This document shows, piece by piece, positions 12,297-23,040 of a DNA stretch of 64,000 nucleotides. Where the stretch lies: contig VJWM01000186.1 in NCBI GenBank assembly GCA_010909165.1, forward strand, positions 186,001 to 250,000. Direction: 5' to 3'. Source of the stretch: Anthoceros angustus (taxonomy: Eukaryota; Plantae; Anthocerotophyta). The translations under genes and the position numbers were made by a program. Under the pieces are notes generated by a model. It was not told the DNA's origin. It made no database searches and saw only the letters and a program-made list of their open reading frames with translations. Each line of letters opens with the position of its first letter. The stretch's first letter is position 1.

Positions 12297-12814
12297 TCTA
12301 AGGGAAGGGACAGGCCATAGAGGACCTGACAAGAGCAACAAAGGGGCGGGGGAACTCAACAACGTACCCCCTGTAGTGGATGGAAAACCGGCGGAAGCAG
12401 TGACAACACCGGAGGAGATGAAGGACAGGATGCAACCCGTCATGGAAAGTAAAGGGGCGGAGATTTTATCCGTCCTACGAGCAAGAGAGGGACTAGAAGC
12501 TGGGGATGAACCCGACGTCAAAAGGTTGAGGAGGGATCAATAGGTACAGAAGACGCGCCCGGTCAGTTGATGGGGAGGAAGGACCACTAAGGGTGCTCTA
12601 TGGTATGTATGGACAAATCCAACAACCGGCAGGAGAGCAAAGGGGATCTTGACCCAAAAGCCCTCCCCAAAAATGGGGGAGAGAAGAGAGCAGCACTGGA
12701 GGAAAGAGACCCGTGATGAAGGCGGGGCGCGACTGGTGGAGGAAAGAGGGAACAAACCCTAAAGCCTAAGAGGGAGGTCGCATGTGAGGATCCCCCTATA
12801 AGAGGGGGAGGATT

Positions 12815-13734
12815 TCACGGAGTTTTGGTTCCTGAGCCTAATGCTTCATGCTGATGGGCTGGGGGTGGAGATCTCTTCCCGGGTGGCCAACTGTCTACCT
12901 CCTCCTGGTCCTTTGCTGCCATGGACGGCTCTCCTTCCACTACTCGGACCAAAGAAGCTTCTATCTTAGCTTCTTCTAGTTCCTCTTCCTTCAGATTTTC
13001 CTCCCTATGGTACAGGTGCACTAGGAAGGTGGAGACAAAGCTGATTTTGGCCTCCTCACTGATCAAATGATTCCTATGAGCCACCGCCTGCTCATAAAGA
13101 ATGCTCGCCCAATCTACCAACTTTCCCTTAGATATCTCATAGATCGTCATAAGGTGGGAATTGCCTATGTAGGTCTTCCTGGCTGCACAGATCAATCCCA
13201 GCCAAATCTTCGTGAAGAGATTGCACTTTCTCTCCTTGAACATAGATACTCGCCAGTCATTGCCAGGGGACCAAACTTCCTCCTTGGGTCGTACGAACAT
13301 TTCCATGGCCGCTTCTGGAATTAGATTCTTGGAAAACTGGGCGATGGGATGATTCCTCCTTTGTGCACCTCGGGTATCAAGTACGTTTGCTGGAAATGGC
13401 GCACCTTCCACATTGCGGGGTGACTTCGGACTGTTACATCCTCGGGCACCCTGGCTTCCCCTCTTGTGGCTCGCAACCGCCGCGCGCACTCTTGAACCAA
13501 TGCTGGGCTTGAAAAGTGCTATCCAGGCACCAAATATAACCACTCCATCTTCAATTCCTCAGCATATCGCTTGAAAGCATCCAGGTCTTGTGGTGAGATT
13601 TGAATGGGGCAGCAGTCGAACTCAAGAATGGGATGCTTTTTGCCTTTGCCTTGACTTGGGGGTGTGGGTGGCACAGTCCTGCTCCCATCCCCTTGAATTG
13701 GGGTGCCACCACCCGTCCTCACAATTCTCACCAT
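12815..13734 (-). pseudogene. Accessory ORF B (sense to pol), paralog of the ORF A N-terminal domain; one frameshift near 13520-13545
   Basis: MVRIVRTGGG..FDCCPIQISPQDLDAFKRYAEELKMEWLY then WRVSMFKERKCNLFTKIWLGLI..VDWASILYE..FVSTFLVHLY, which aligns by eye to ORF A. Confidence 0.65.
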
Positions 13735-14788
13735 CTGCACAAAAGGAGCACACACAAGGATAGAATTTGGAGGGTAAGGGAGAGCAACTTATCAGGCTAG
13801 GAAGGAGAGTAAGTAAGGAAGAAAAAGCACCAAGGCCGCCAATCAATAAGTCTCCCCTCCTTCAGATTGGGACTAAACCCCACGAACTCCTCTCCAACAC
13901 ACGCCAAAAGGCAGTTCCTTCAACACAGATGCATTCAAACGCCGCCTAGCGCCCACTTGCCTCTTCTCCAACAAGTCCTCTTGCCCTCGCTCGCTCAAGT
14001 TCGCGCCTCCTTGCCCCGTGCAAAGCCTCCGCTTCCAGCTCACCTCGCGCCCCTTCTCAATCGCCTCCTTTAGAGAGGTCGCAGCACCGCCTCGCACCCC
14101 CTCTTCTGCGCTTCAGAAGGCACGAGCGGTCTCCCTTCTCGCGAAATCACAGGTCGTCCTTCCTCCTTTGCACGCAAGAATCCCAGCTTGTAGGCGGCAA
14201 TCGATTGTCTTCCTCTTCTTCTCGCAGCCGCCAGCTTCTCCAGTTTACTCCCCAAAGTGTCCAGACCCTGGATTACTGAGGTTATGCTGGTACATGCAAT
14301 CTTAATGGCGATTTTCCAGTAGCACCCTACCGCAATGCCCGCCACGTGGCTCCATCGATGGCGCCACTATTCAAAACTTGATTTGCTATATCCAACCCTC
14401 TTTAGATGCATATATGGTCTTCCTGCATGCACGGGAATTTCGAGGACAAAGGAAGTTACCTTCCTTGCTCTTGGAGATAATTTCTCTACCATTTCACCTG
14501 CCCGAAGTCCAAGGGTCATCTACTCCAACCTCTGAAGATCAAGGTATTTTCTCTCTATGACATCCTACCAAAGCCCAAGGACTTCTTGCCTATAAAACTA
14601 AGTCCTGTTGTCAGTCTACCGTTTCAGTACCCCTGTTGAAAAGTTCTAAGTCCCATCCCCCTACAACCGACCTACCGACGTCCTACCAACTGACTACGAT
14701 GACTCGAGTCGCAACCCTGCCATGTTCCGCAACTATGACTTCCTACCTACGCGACTTTCCTACGACCTACCTAAATGACCAAAATTTT

Positions 14789-15130
14789 TCACTCCACATG
14801 CTCCTCTCCCCATCTCTTTGCGTTCCCGTAAACATCCTGCGGTGTAAGATACTTCTTTACCTTCCATCCATTCACCCTCGTAGGGTGGAGTTCCCCTGTC
14901 AAATCTGCTAGTTGTACAGATCCGTTCTCATAGACCGCTACAACTCGCATTGGCCCTAGCCACCTTAAATGCAACTTCCCCGGAAAATCTAAATACCGAC
15001 TATTATAGAGAAGGACCAAATCACCCGTTTTGACGGGTTCTTGTTTTTAGCTTCTGATCATGCCTCTCTTTTCTAATATGTTGCACCCTCTGAGTTTCTT
15101 CCGGGGCATCCTCTCAATCTAATTCATGTC
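14789..15130 (-). pseudogene. Ty3/gypsy (Athila/Tat-type) integrase C-terminal fragment
   Basis: ..QRVQHIRKERHDQKLK (frameshift) GDLVLLYNSRYLDFPGKLHLRWLGP..VNG.KVKKY. Confidence 0.8.
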
Positions 15131-18100
15131 TGAATGTTGCAGTCTTGCTTCCTGGCTATTTGTTTGTCTTCTACAGAGGCTGAATATGGACCCCTTTCAC
15201 AAGCAGCTAGGGAGATTATCTCGATTCGTTCATCTCTGCGAGGTTTGCAACCACTTTCATAGGGACCCACAAGACTATGGTACGACAACCAATTGGCCAT
15301 CGCGCCCTCAAAAGACCTGGTTTTTCATGCGGGTCTAAACATATTGAGATCACTCATCACTTCATCAGATAGTTAGCAGACACAGGTGAAGTCATGGTCG
15401 AATATGTCCCCAGCTATGTAGATGCTCTCATCAGATGTGCATTGTTGAAATCCTTGCTCCTTTAAGAAGGCATTGATCTTCTCATACCAAGCTCTAGACC
15501 CTTGCTTCAATCCATAGAGAGATTTCTTAAATTTGCATACCAAACTCTCATGGCCTTTTTCGATATACCCTTCAAGTTGCTCCATATAAATGTCCTCCTC
15601 CAAATTTCCATTGAGAAATGCAGTTTTTACATCCATATGATGAATCTCCAAATCATCAATTGCTCCCACTGCTAGTAAAGTCCTTATTGACACAAATTTG
15701 GCCACTGGAGTAAAGGTCTCATTGTAATCGATGCCTTGTTCTTGGCTATATCCATTCACCACCAATCTTGCCTTATATCTCTCCATTGCCTTATAGCTTC
15801 TTTCCATTGCTTTGCATCCTTCCCTTGTAGTGCTTCAGCTGTCGTTCTTAGTTCCCTCCCATATTCCATAGCAATGGATGCAAACTCTGGTCCTTCTCTC
15901 CAATCTCTTAGTGGACGATGCTCCCTTGTTGGATATCTCCTCGGAGGAAGAATTTCTACTCTCAAGGGTTCTTCCTCATTGTTTCTCTCGCTAGGGATCA
16001 TTTCATTCCCATCAATTGGAATGACGTCTTTTCCAATTGGTTCTTGAGGTATCACAACCTCACGAGCATCAACAATAAGAAATTTCTCGCTATCTATAGT
16101 CTCCGCCTCATGAAAAACCACATATCTACTTATGATGATGCGCCTAAATGCCTTATCATACAATCTATAGGCCTTTCTATCAATATCATAGCCCACAAAA
16201 TGCACTCCAATGCCTTCCCTTGAGCTTGCTCGACTTCTTTGGGTTTATGTGCAAAGGCTCTACACCCAAACACATGCGAGTGAGCAATAGAAGGCTTCCT
16301 CCCTAACCAGCATTCCTCCGGTGTCATATCCTCTAGTGATGCACTTGCACTTCTATTAGTTAGGTAGACAGCAATTGCAATGGCTTCCCCCCAAAACTCA
16401 TAGCCCAATTGTTGATGATGAAGCATGCTCCTAGCACATTCTACCAAAGTTCTATTTTTCCTTTCTGCAACTCCATTTTGCTGAGGAGTGTAAGGGCGAA
16501 AATTGTTGCATGATTCCGTGCTCCTTGCAAAAGTTTCAAATCCTTGGACATATACTCACCTCCATTGTCACTCCTTAAAACTTTTATCTTTCTACCAATT
16601 TGATTCTCCACAAGTGCTTTATACTCCTTGAACTTCGATAAACAGGCATCCTTGGATTTGAGGAAGTAAACCTTGGTATACCTTGACTTGTCATCTGTGA
16701 AAGTGAGGAAATACTTGGCCCCTCCTAGAGATGTGGTCTTCATGGGGCCACAGATGTCTGAGTGAATCAAATCTAGCACATGGTTAGCTCTACTTCCTCC
16801 CTTTGGAAATGGAAATCGATGTTGCTTTCCCATCATGCAACCTCTACAAATACCTATATCTTCCTCCTCTCCAAGCTCAAGTCCTCTTACCATCTTTTTC
16901 TTTTCCATGAGCTTGATGTTTTGAACTCCAAGATGTCCCAATCTTTGGTGCCACAATAGTAGCTTGTTGTTGTGCTCTTGTACCACATTTGCCTCCATTC
17001 TTGAGCTTGGCACCACAGTACTCCCACTTAAACAATACATCTTTCCAACCTTCACTCCTTGTGCTCTCACTTCTTCTTTTGCATTCGTGAAGGTCACTCC
17101 AGCTTCCTCAAACTCTCAACCCTTGAGAGGTAGCCACGCTAACGGAGAAGAGGTTTTTGCTCAGGCCTGGCACATAGAGGACCTTCTTTAACATCCCACG
17201 AATAGGCCCTTTAGGAGTGGTCATGGTTAGAAATACAACTCCTTCTCCCTCACATTTTTGAGCCGAATTATCACCCAAGTAAATGTTAGTTGCAGGAGTG
17301 GGTTTGAAAGAGTGAAACCATTCACGCCTATTGGTCATATGCTCCGAAGCTCCTGAATCGATATACCACCTGTCAGCTTCATTTGAGTGGTGATGTGTAC
17401 TCACAAAGGCCTCATCAAAGTCTTCAGCACAGTTGCTTTGAGGTCTTGCTTTCTCGTCCCTTTGCTTCTTGAAACAGTTCCTCGCAATGTGTCCAACCTT
17501 GCCACAGTAGTTGCAAGTTATGTTGGACCTTCTATATCCTCTGATTGAGAAGGACCTTCCCTAGCTTGATGGAACTTGAGTGTTCTTCCGAGGCTTTTGG
17601 CCACAAAAGCTGATTCCTCGATATCTTCCCTTTTCTCTTCTTTTTGTCTCTTCATGTAAGAGTCTGCTCACAAGAATCTCAAAAGTCAAAGTCTCTATTC
17701 TTGACTCCAAAGCCACGATCAAGTTGTTGTATGACTCTGGAAGACTTGCAAGAAGAGTCATCACCAAGTCATCATCTGACACAGGGGCTCCAACAGCTGC
17801 TAATTGTTGTGACAAACTCCTCACTTTGTCTACATGCTCAATGACACTATCATTCTCACCCATTTGAAGAGTGAAGAACCTTCTCCTCAAAAACAAGCGG
17901 TTCACAAGGCTCTTGTTCTCATACAGCGCCTCCAGCTTTTGCCAAGCTTCCCTTGCAGTCTTACAAGAAGTCACATGCATTAGTTGTGCATCTTCCAAAT
18001 TGAAGCAAATGGTTGCAAAAGCTTTGCCTGCATTCTCGTCCCACTTGGATTGTCGCTCCACTTCTATAGGGCACTGCTCAATTCCTGACACTATCCCCCA

Positions 18101-18206
18101 CAAGCCTTTCTCGGCCAACAGCATCTGCATCTTGAACTTCCACAAGTTGAAGTTGTTACCACCAAATTTGGAAATGACTTGTAGTGTCACCATGCCTTGG
18201 GTGTGT

Positions 18207-18218
18207 GGGCCCATAACC
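18207..18218 (-). promoter_or_regulatory. Primer-binding site GGTTATGGGCCC (half-tRNA-iMet type)
   Basis: Immediately follows the LTR end. Same sequence as the known tRNA-iMet-fragment PBS of Drosophila copia-type elements. Confidence 0.85.
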
Positions 18219-18563
18219 TGTTGAGATTGGAAGCTAGCCATGATTCAAGAGGGTCAAAAGTGTCAAGAAAGCAAGTGTTCAGAATTGCAAAACTAAGACC
18301 ACCTAAACAAGGCCTTAAAACACAAATGAAGAGCAACTTTGAGCAAACAACACAAAGATAATAGTCGAAGAGTTGAACCTACTATAGTTAGCTGGTCTCA
18401 CCCCTTTTTAAACTTTAAAAAGTGTCACTCACGTTTCCTACTCAATATGGGGTATATGTTTCCGATTTACCCACTTCTATACACTTATAGTATCTCAATC
18501 ACCTACATCTTTTACGCATAGTCATATCCATCTTAACAAACTCAGTAAGATGCATCCTCAACA
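18219..18563 (-). repeat. 5' LTR of copia element 1 (345 bp)
   Basis: TGTTGAGG..CTCAACA on -. Highly similar to 18754-19083 in inverted orientation. Confidence 0.9.
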
Positions 18564-19083
18564 AGGACAAAGCATATTGATATCCAACATCACTTTGTTC
18601 GTGAAAGGGTGAAATCTTTAAAGGTTGCATTTGAGTATTGCAAAACGGAGGATATGGCTGCAGATTTCTTGACCGAGGCTTTAAGCAAGTTCAAATTTGA
18701 GAATTGTAGAGCGGTAGTTGGATTAAGGCAAACTCAGGTGCGCTGAGTGGGAATGTTGAGGATGCAGCTTACTGAGTTTGTTAAGATGGATATGACTATG
18801 TGTAAAAGATGTAAGTGATTGAGCTTACTATCAGTGTATAGAAGTGGGTAAATGGGAAACATATACCCCATATTGAGTAGGAAACGTGAGTGACACTTTT
18901 TAGGGTTTAAAAAGGGGTGAGACCAGCTAGCCATAGCAGATTCAACTCTTTGACTATTGTCTTTGTGTTGTTTGCTCAAAGTTGCTCTTCATTTGTGTTT
19001 AAGGCCTCGTTTAGGTGGTCTTAGTTTTGCAATTCTGAACACTTCTGACCCTCTTGAAGCATGGCTAGCTTCTAATCTCAACA
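18564..19083 (+). mobile_element. Copia RNase H C-terminus + PPT + 3' LTR (18754-19083), inverted relative to copia element 1
   Basis: RTKHIDIQHHFVRERV..EDMAADFLTEALSK..*, then GAGTGGGAA, then TGTTGAGG..ATCTCAACA. Confidence 0.88.
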
Positions 19084-22000
19084 CTTTAATGTTTTGTACC
19101 CCATTGGCTCGGGGTAGATGGGTTTTCCCATCTTTTTTTTTTTATAAAGTCTCCAGCATGGTTATATAGTAGATTTGAATTCTCCATAAAATTCATACTT
19201 AGAATCCCGTCAGGTGGTAGATAAATACGACTCTATGTCTATAGTGGCAAATAATTAAGACTCTTGTGTCTCTTGTGTGTCCTCGAAGACTGAATTGTGG
19301 TAAAACACCATGAATGAAATCATAGATTATGGCTGAAAACTTCAAGCATAACGGGTGAAGGAGCATGGGTCATTCTTCTCATCTTTCATTATGCTTGTTA
19401 GCAAACGTTCATAGAGTGCCCACAATTGTTCGCAAAAAATTTGTGCTAAAGTTCCAGCAACTTACCCCTGAATACCATTTGTATATCCTGTAGATTGTTG
19501 TTGGAATCAGAAACTGTATAAATATGGGCGTTAGGGAGCATGCCTAGCAGTTAACGAGGAGCCACAACCTCCTCCAAGGCTTGACACAGTGTTGAGAAGG
19601 AGGAGGCATGTTAGTGAAGACCACCATAAGTAGCAGTAGGCAATGCTGTGTAAGCTTCTTTCCTTTGCTAGTTGTATGTTAATTGCTTATTGTCTTTGCT
19701 TTGTTGTCCTCTTCCAACAAGCACACATGGCCAGACAAAGACCCCCAGCGAGAGAGTGTGCGCACAGCAGCCCTCTAGGAAGGGCTGCCACATTGGAAGG
19801 TGAAGCTCCCTTTCACGGGTCAGGGTTCGCTGTAAGTTTACAAGCCATGGTGTGGAGTTAACACAATGAAATGGCCCAGTTGCTACGGAACGGTGTGGAA
19901 GCAAACAGAATGGCCTGGGGCCCGTCACGGTACGGTAGGTAGAGTTATGGGATCACATGACCGGGACACTTCCACTTAGAGTAGTGCTGGCAATGGGTTA
20001 CAGAGTGGAGAGCATGCTAGCATGAAGTAAGACAGGCATACCAGCTTGGTAAATATATTATCCCAGAGCTTGACACAGTCGAGGTCTCTTGTCTTTGTAA
20101 TCCTCTTCATTTTTTTTAGCGGAATTTTGAGAATTTGTAGAAATATAACAAGAGTTGCACAAAGTCCTCGAGTGGGAGTTAGGGGTCCATAATAAACGGA
20201 ACCGAAGACCCAATACAACTCCACCTAGCGGGAATACGAGCAGCAGAAGAGAAAATTGAAAAGAAAAGGAAACGTGCAACCTACTTGAGGGTGCACGTGT
20301 CTCAGAATCACTTCGACAAGCCTTCAGTCTTCACAGAAGGAGTAGGGGCGTTCTGTGTGAGCTGGATCTCAATGGTGAGTTCGTGAAGATAGTCCAACTC
20401 AAAGGGACATGCCGGCCGAGTCCCATCCTCCCCCTGAAGAGCCAAATGCCTTGATTGATGTGGTCTTTCAGGCCGGCCATCTGGATTTTCGACACCATCC
20501 CGGCCTGGGCACCTTGGAGAATTATGGAGGAAAGGTGCCATGCGTAATGCACTCTTCATGTTGCTATCAGTTATGTGTGACAATTTGTTATCAAAGCTTG
20601 GTTGAAGGAAAATGCGGTGCAAGCCTTAGGGAACGCCAAGCCACCAGAAGAGGAACACCCATTCCTGAACAACCGTCGGCGCTTTCCCGCCCTTTCTCGA
20701 CAAGGATTGCTAACCGTTGGGAGGCAGAGAGATGTTTGGAGAGAGAACAAGCGCTATTTACAGAGTTAACCACAGAACCTCTGGTCCGGTTGCTCGAGAA
20801 CTTGGTCGGTTTGCTTGCATTGGGACAACGATACCGAGAGCAAGTACAAGGGGACTGGTTGGTGTGCGGATTGCCTAGGTAGAGGGCGTGGTTGTAGCCA
20901 GAGCCAAGGTGGACGCCGGCACAAAAAGGGGCCTATCGGATTTTGTGTGCTGATTTGGAAAAGGCCTTGGGGTTGGCTGAAAAAGGGTCGGAGAGGTATC
21001 GCCACAATCCGTGGGAAGTCGTGAGGTGATAAGGAGGTGCTAGTGATTGCAAATGTGGAGGCCGCTCAATGTTTTATACAGGGAGTACCTAGTCCTTACC
21101 CTCACACCCCACGTCTCTAGGCATTTGTGGATGTTTTGATCGACAATAACTTCCTTTCCACCTACTTCATGAATAGCAGCATCGTACTCTACTCTCCATC
21201 CTGGCTACTTATGTACATAATCATATTGTGGGTGGGGACGATAACCGAAGTCTTGTTTGTACACCGGTCATTTGGAAGTAGCAAGTGGTATCCAATCCAA
21301 GAACCAGCCTGGTACCTTGCCACTGCCGAATGCAAAAAATTGTTTATTCTCGCTGACAAAGGTGCAGAAAGGTGGCTCTGCTACAACGGCACCTGGGACA
21401 CACCAGCGGCAGTCAGATTCATCGAAGGACAAGGGCTCGGGGAGTGGCTCATTGAACCCTAGTGGAGGTGCCGGGACGAGTACTACGGGGCGGCGAATCG
21501 CTTGTTCGGTCATCTTGGAACAATGGTTCAAGGGGAGCTCTGTGGACTACGACATGGTTACACGACGCCCTCCTAATGTGATTTTGTGTGGATTTTTTTT
21601 TTTTTTTCAGGTTCCATGTGTCATATGAGGAGTGCAAACTGGACTAATAAGGTTAGCAAATAACCAAATAAGGGTCTGGACAGCCGGAGCAGAGCGTGGG
21701 ATGGCATAGACAGCCGGGGGCATCATGGGGATTGCCTGTTTGTGACGAGAGAGCAGTCAGGATGAGGCAAGGCTTTGTCCAGACGGTGCGGACATTGGAT
21801 GGAAGGCACCAACGGCCGGATGAGTCTGCAAAAGACTTGTCTTGGAGATCTTGACAACTAGAAAGGCGGGTCGTCACAAGAAGTCGTGCCCGTCTTGCAT
21901 GCCTATCCAGCGCGGCCGTCCATCGCACCTGTGGGGCACCCGTCTTACATGCCTATTCCAGCTCGGCCATCTATCGTGCATGTCTGTCGCGGCCTTTTGG

Positions 22001-22515
22001 CGGGAACCATTTTGAGGAGGGGACACGTGGCTTTCAAGTGTTAGAAGAGTGCTCTTTCCAATCTAGTGGGGTTGTCACAGCTACCATTTGGGGATGAAGG
22101 GTGGCTTTGGGAAACCCTAACGGACAGTGGCTGACAGAAAAGAGGTCTTTTTAGGGATTGGCATGAGGATAGAGTTTGAAGCTCAAGCTGTGTGGCTGCC
22201 AAAGGGCCAGCAAATCTGACTTCTTTGCATAAGGAGGCCCTTGGCCAAGGATTTGCCCAAGATGCAACTCCCGAGGTGGTTGCTAGCAAGGAGAATAGCC
22301 AGGAATTAGAGATTTTGGAGGGGCCCCAACATATTTTGGGAGATGTGCACTGTGCAGCTTTACCCTGCAGCTTTAGCTGCTCTTTGTGGCAAGCCAAGGA
22401 GCATGGTGTATAAATTGAGGGCTTCACCCCTAAATTAATGTTCTTCCAAGCGTTGTCTAAAGATCACTCCGCTGGGTTGTGGGGTGTAGGCTTTCCCTCT
22501 TTTGTGTCACTGTAA

Positions 22516-23040
22516 CGGGAACATGTAAGGAAAGGATATGAACAGCTCAGAAGCTGGTTGGGCAATGAGTTTATCATTGATGGAGCGCAGACAGGATCGT
22601 ATGCTCATCGTATTCGGAGTTTCTGGATGAACATAGTCAGTGTGGATGTACTCAGGCAACATCGCAACTTGACTGTACCAAAAAAACGATGGGTAGATGA
22701 GATACTGGAAGAAGGTCGGAAGTCGCAACAAGTTCGCAAGATGGACCGATTGCCACACTATCCTGTCAACATGGTGGGTGAACCAAGGCGAGCATGGCCC
22801 ACACTGGTCAGCACGGCTCAGTCATACGCTTTTCGATGAGGAGGAGATGGTATGATTCTGAATTGGAAGGGTAATGAAATCAGGGAACCTCTGATTTCAG
22901 AACGCGAGCAAGCTATGGGCTTTGATGCAGGCAGTACTGCCATGCATGGTGTTTCTGAGGCCAATCGTTGCAAGCTGATGGGACAGGCTTTTGATCCAAA
23001 CTGCTTGCAGTGGTTGATCAACGTAGGGCTAGCAACGCAA
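22516..23040 (+). pseudogene. C-terminal half of a C5 cytosine DNA methyltransferase at the N-terminus of the gypsy pol
   Basis: LGNEFIIDGAQTGSYAHRIRSFWMN (motif VIII-like), WPTLVS, REPLISEREQAMGFDAGST (motif IX) and RCKLMGQAFDPNCLQWL (motif X-like). One in-frame stop at 22837, then the same frame runs into RT. Motifs I, IV and VI are not seen. Confidence 0.75.

Larger units (their letters stand above)
9530..12543 (+). pseudogene. Accessory ORF A (antisense to pol): putative plant-transposon-protein-like N-terminal domain, repeat region and coiled coil; disrupted
   Basis: Fragments 9530-10018, 10195-10428, 10548-11027, 11336-11626 and 11734-12543 form one long reading frame broken by a few stops and frameshifts. 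Clear homolog on - at ~29.9-40.2 kb. Confidence 0.65.
8405..15400 (-). mobile_element. Athila/Tat-like Ty3/gypsy element 1 (5'-truncated): integrase C-terminus, sense accessory ORF B, antisense accessory ORF A, LTR
   Basis: Integrase tail VLLYNSRYLDFPGKLHLRWLGPMRV..VNGWKVKKY on - at 14789-15030, followed by ORF B (-), ORF A (+) and an LTR at 8405-9515. That all parts belong to one element is inferred from collinearity. The left part of pol is replaced by a copia remnant. Confidence 0.65.
15373..18563 (-). mobile_element. Ty1/copia element 1: 5' LTR, PBS, gag, protease, integrase and partial RT; 3'-truncated and frameshifted
   Basis: gag (KFGGNNFNLWKFKMQMLL, 17561-18241), CCHC knuckle (~17470-17520), protease WYIDSGASEHM, GAG-pre-integrase LWHQRLGH, integrase DLIHSDICGP/LRSDNGGEY, RT YKARLVVNGYSQEQGIDY..MDVKTAFLNG..LYGLKQGSRAW. 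The RT stops before YVDD. Confidence 0.92.

Noticed and set aside
22041-22515. N-terminal half of the DNMT (motifs I, IV, VI)
   Set aside because: No FxGxG, PC or ENV motif in the frames I read. The sequence looks unrelated, so the DNMT is treated as 5'-truncated.
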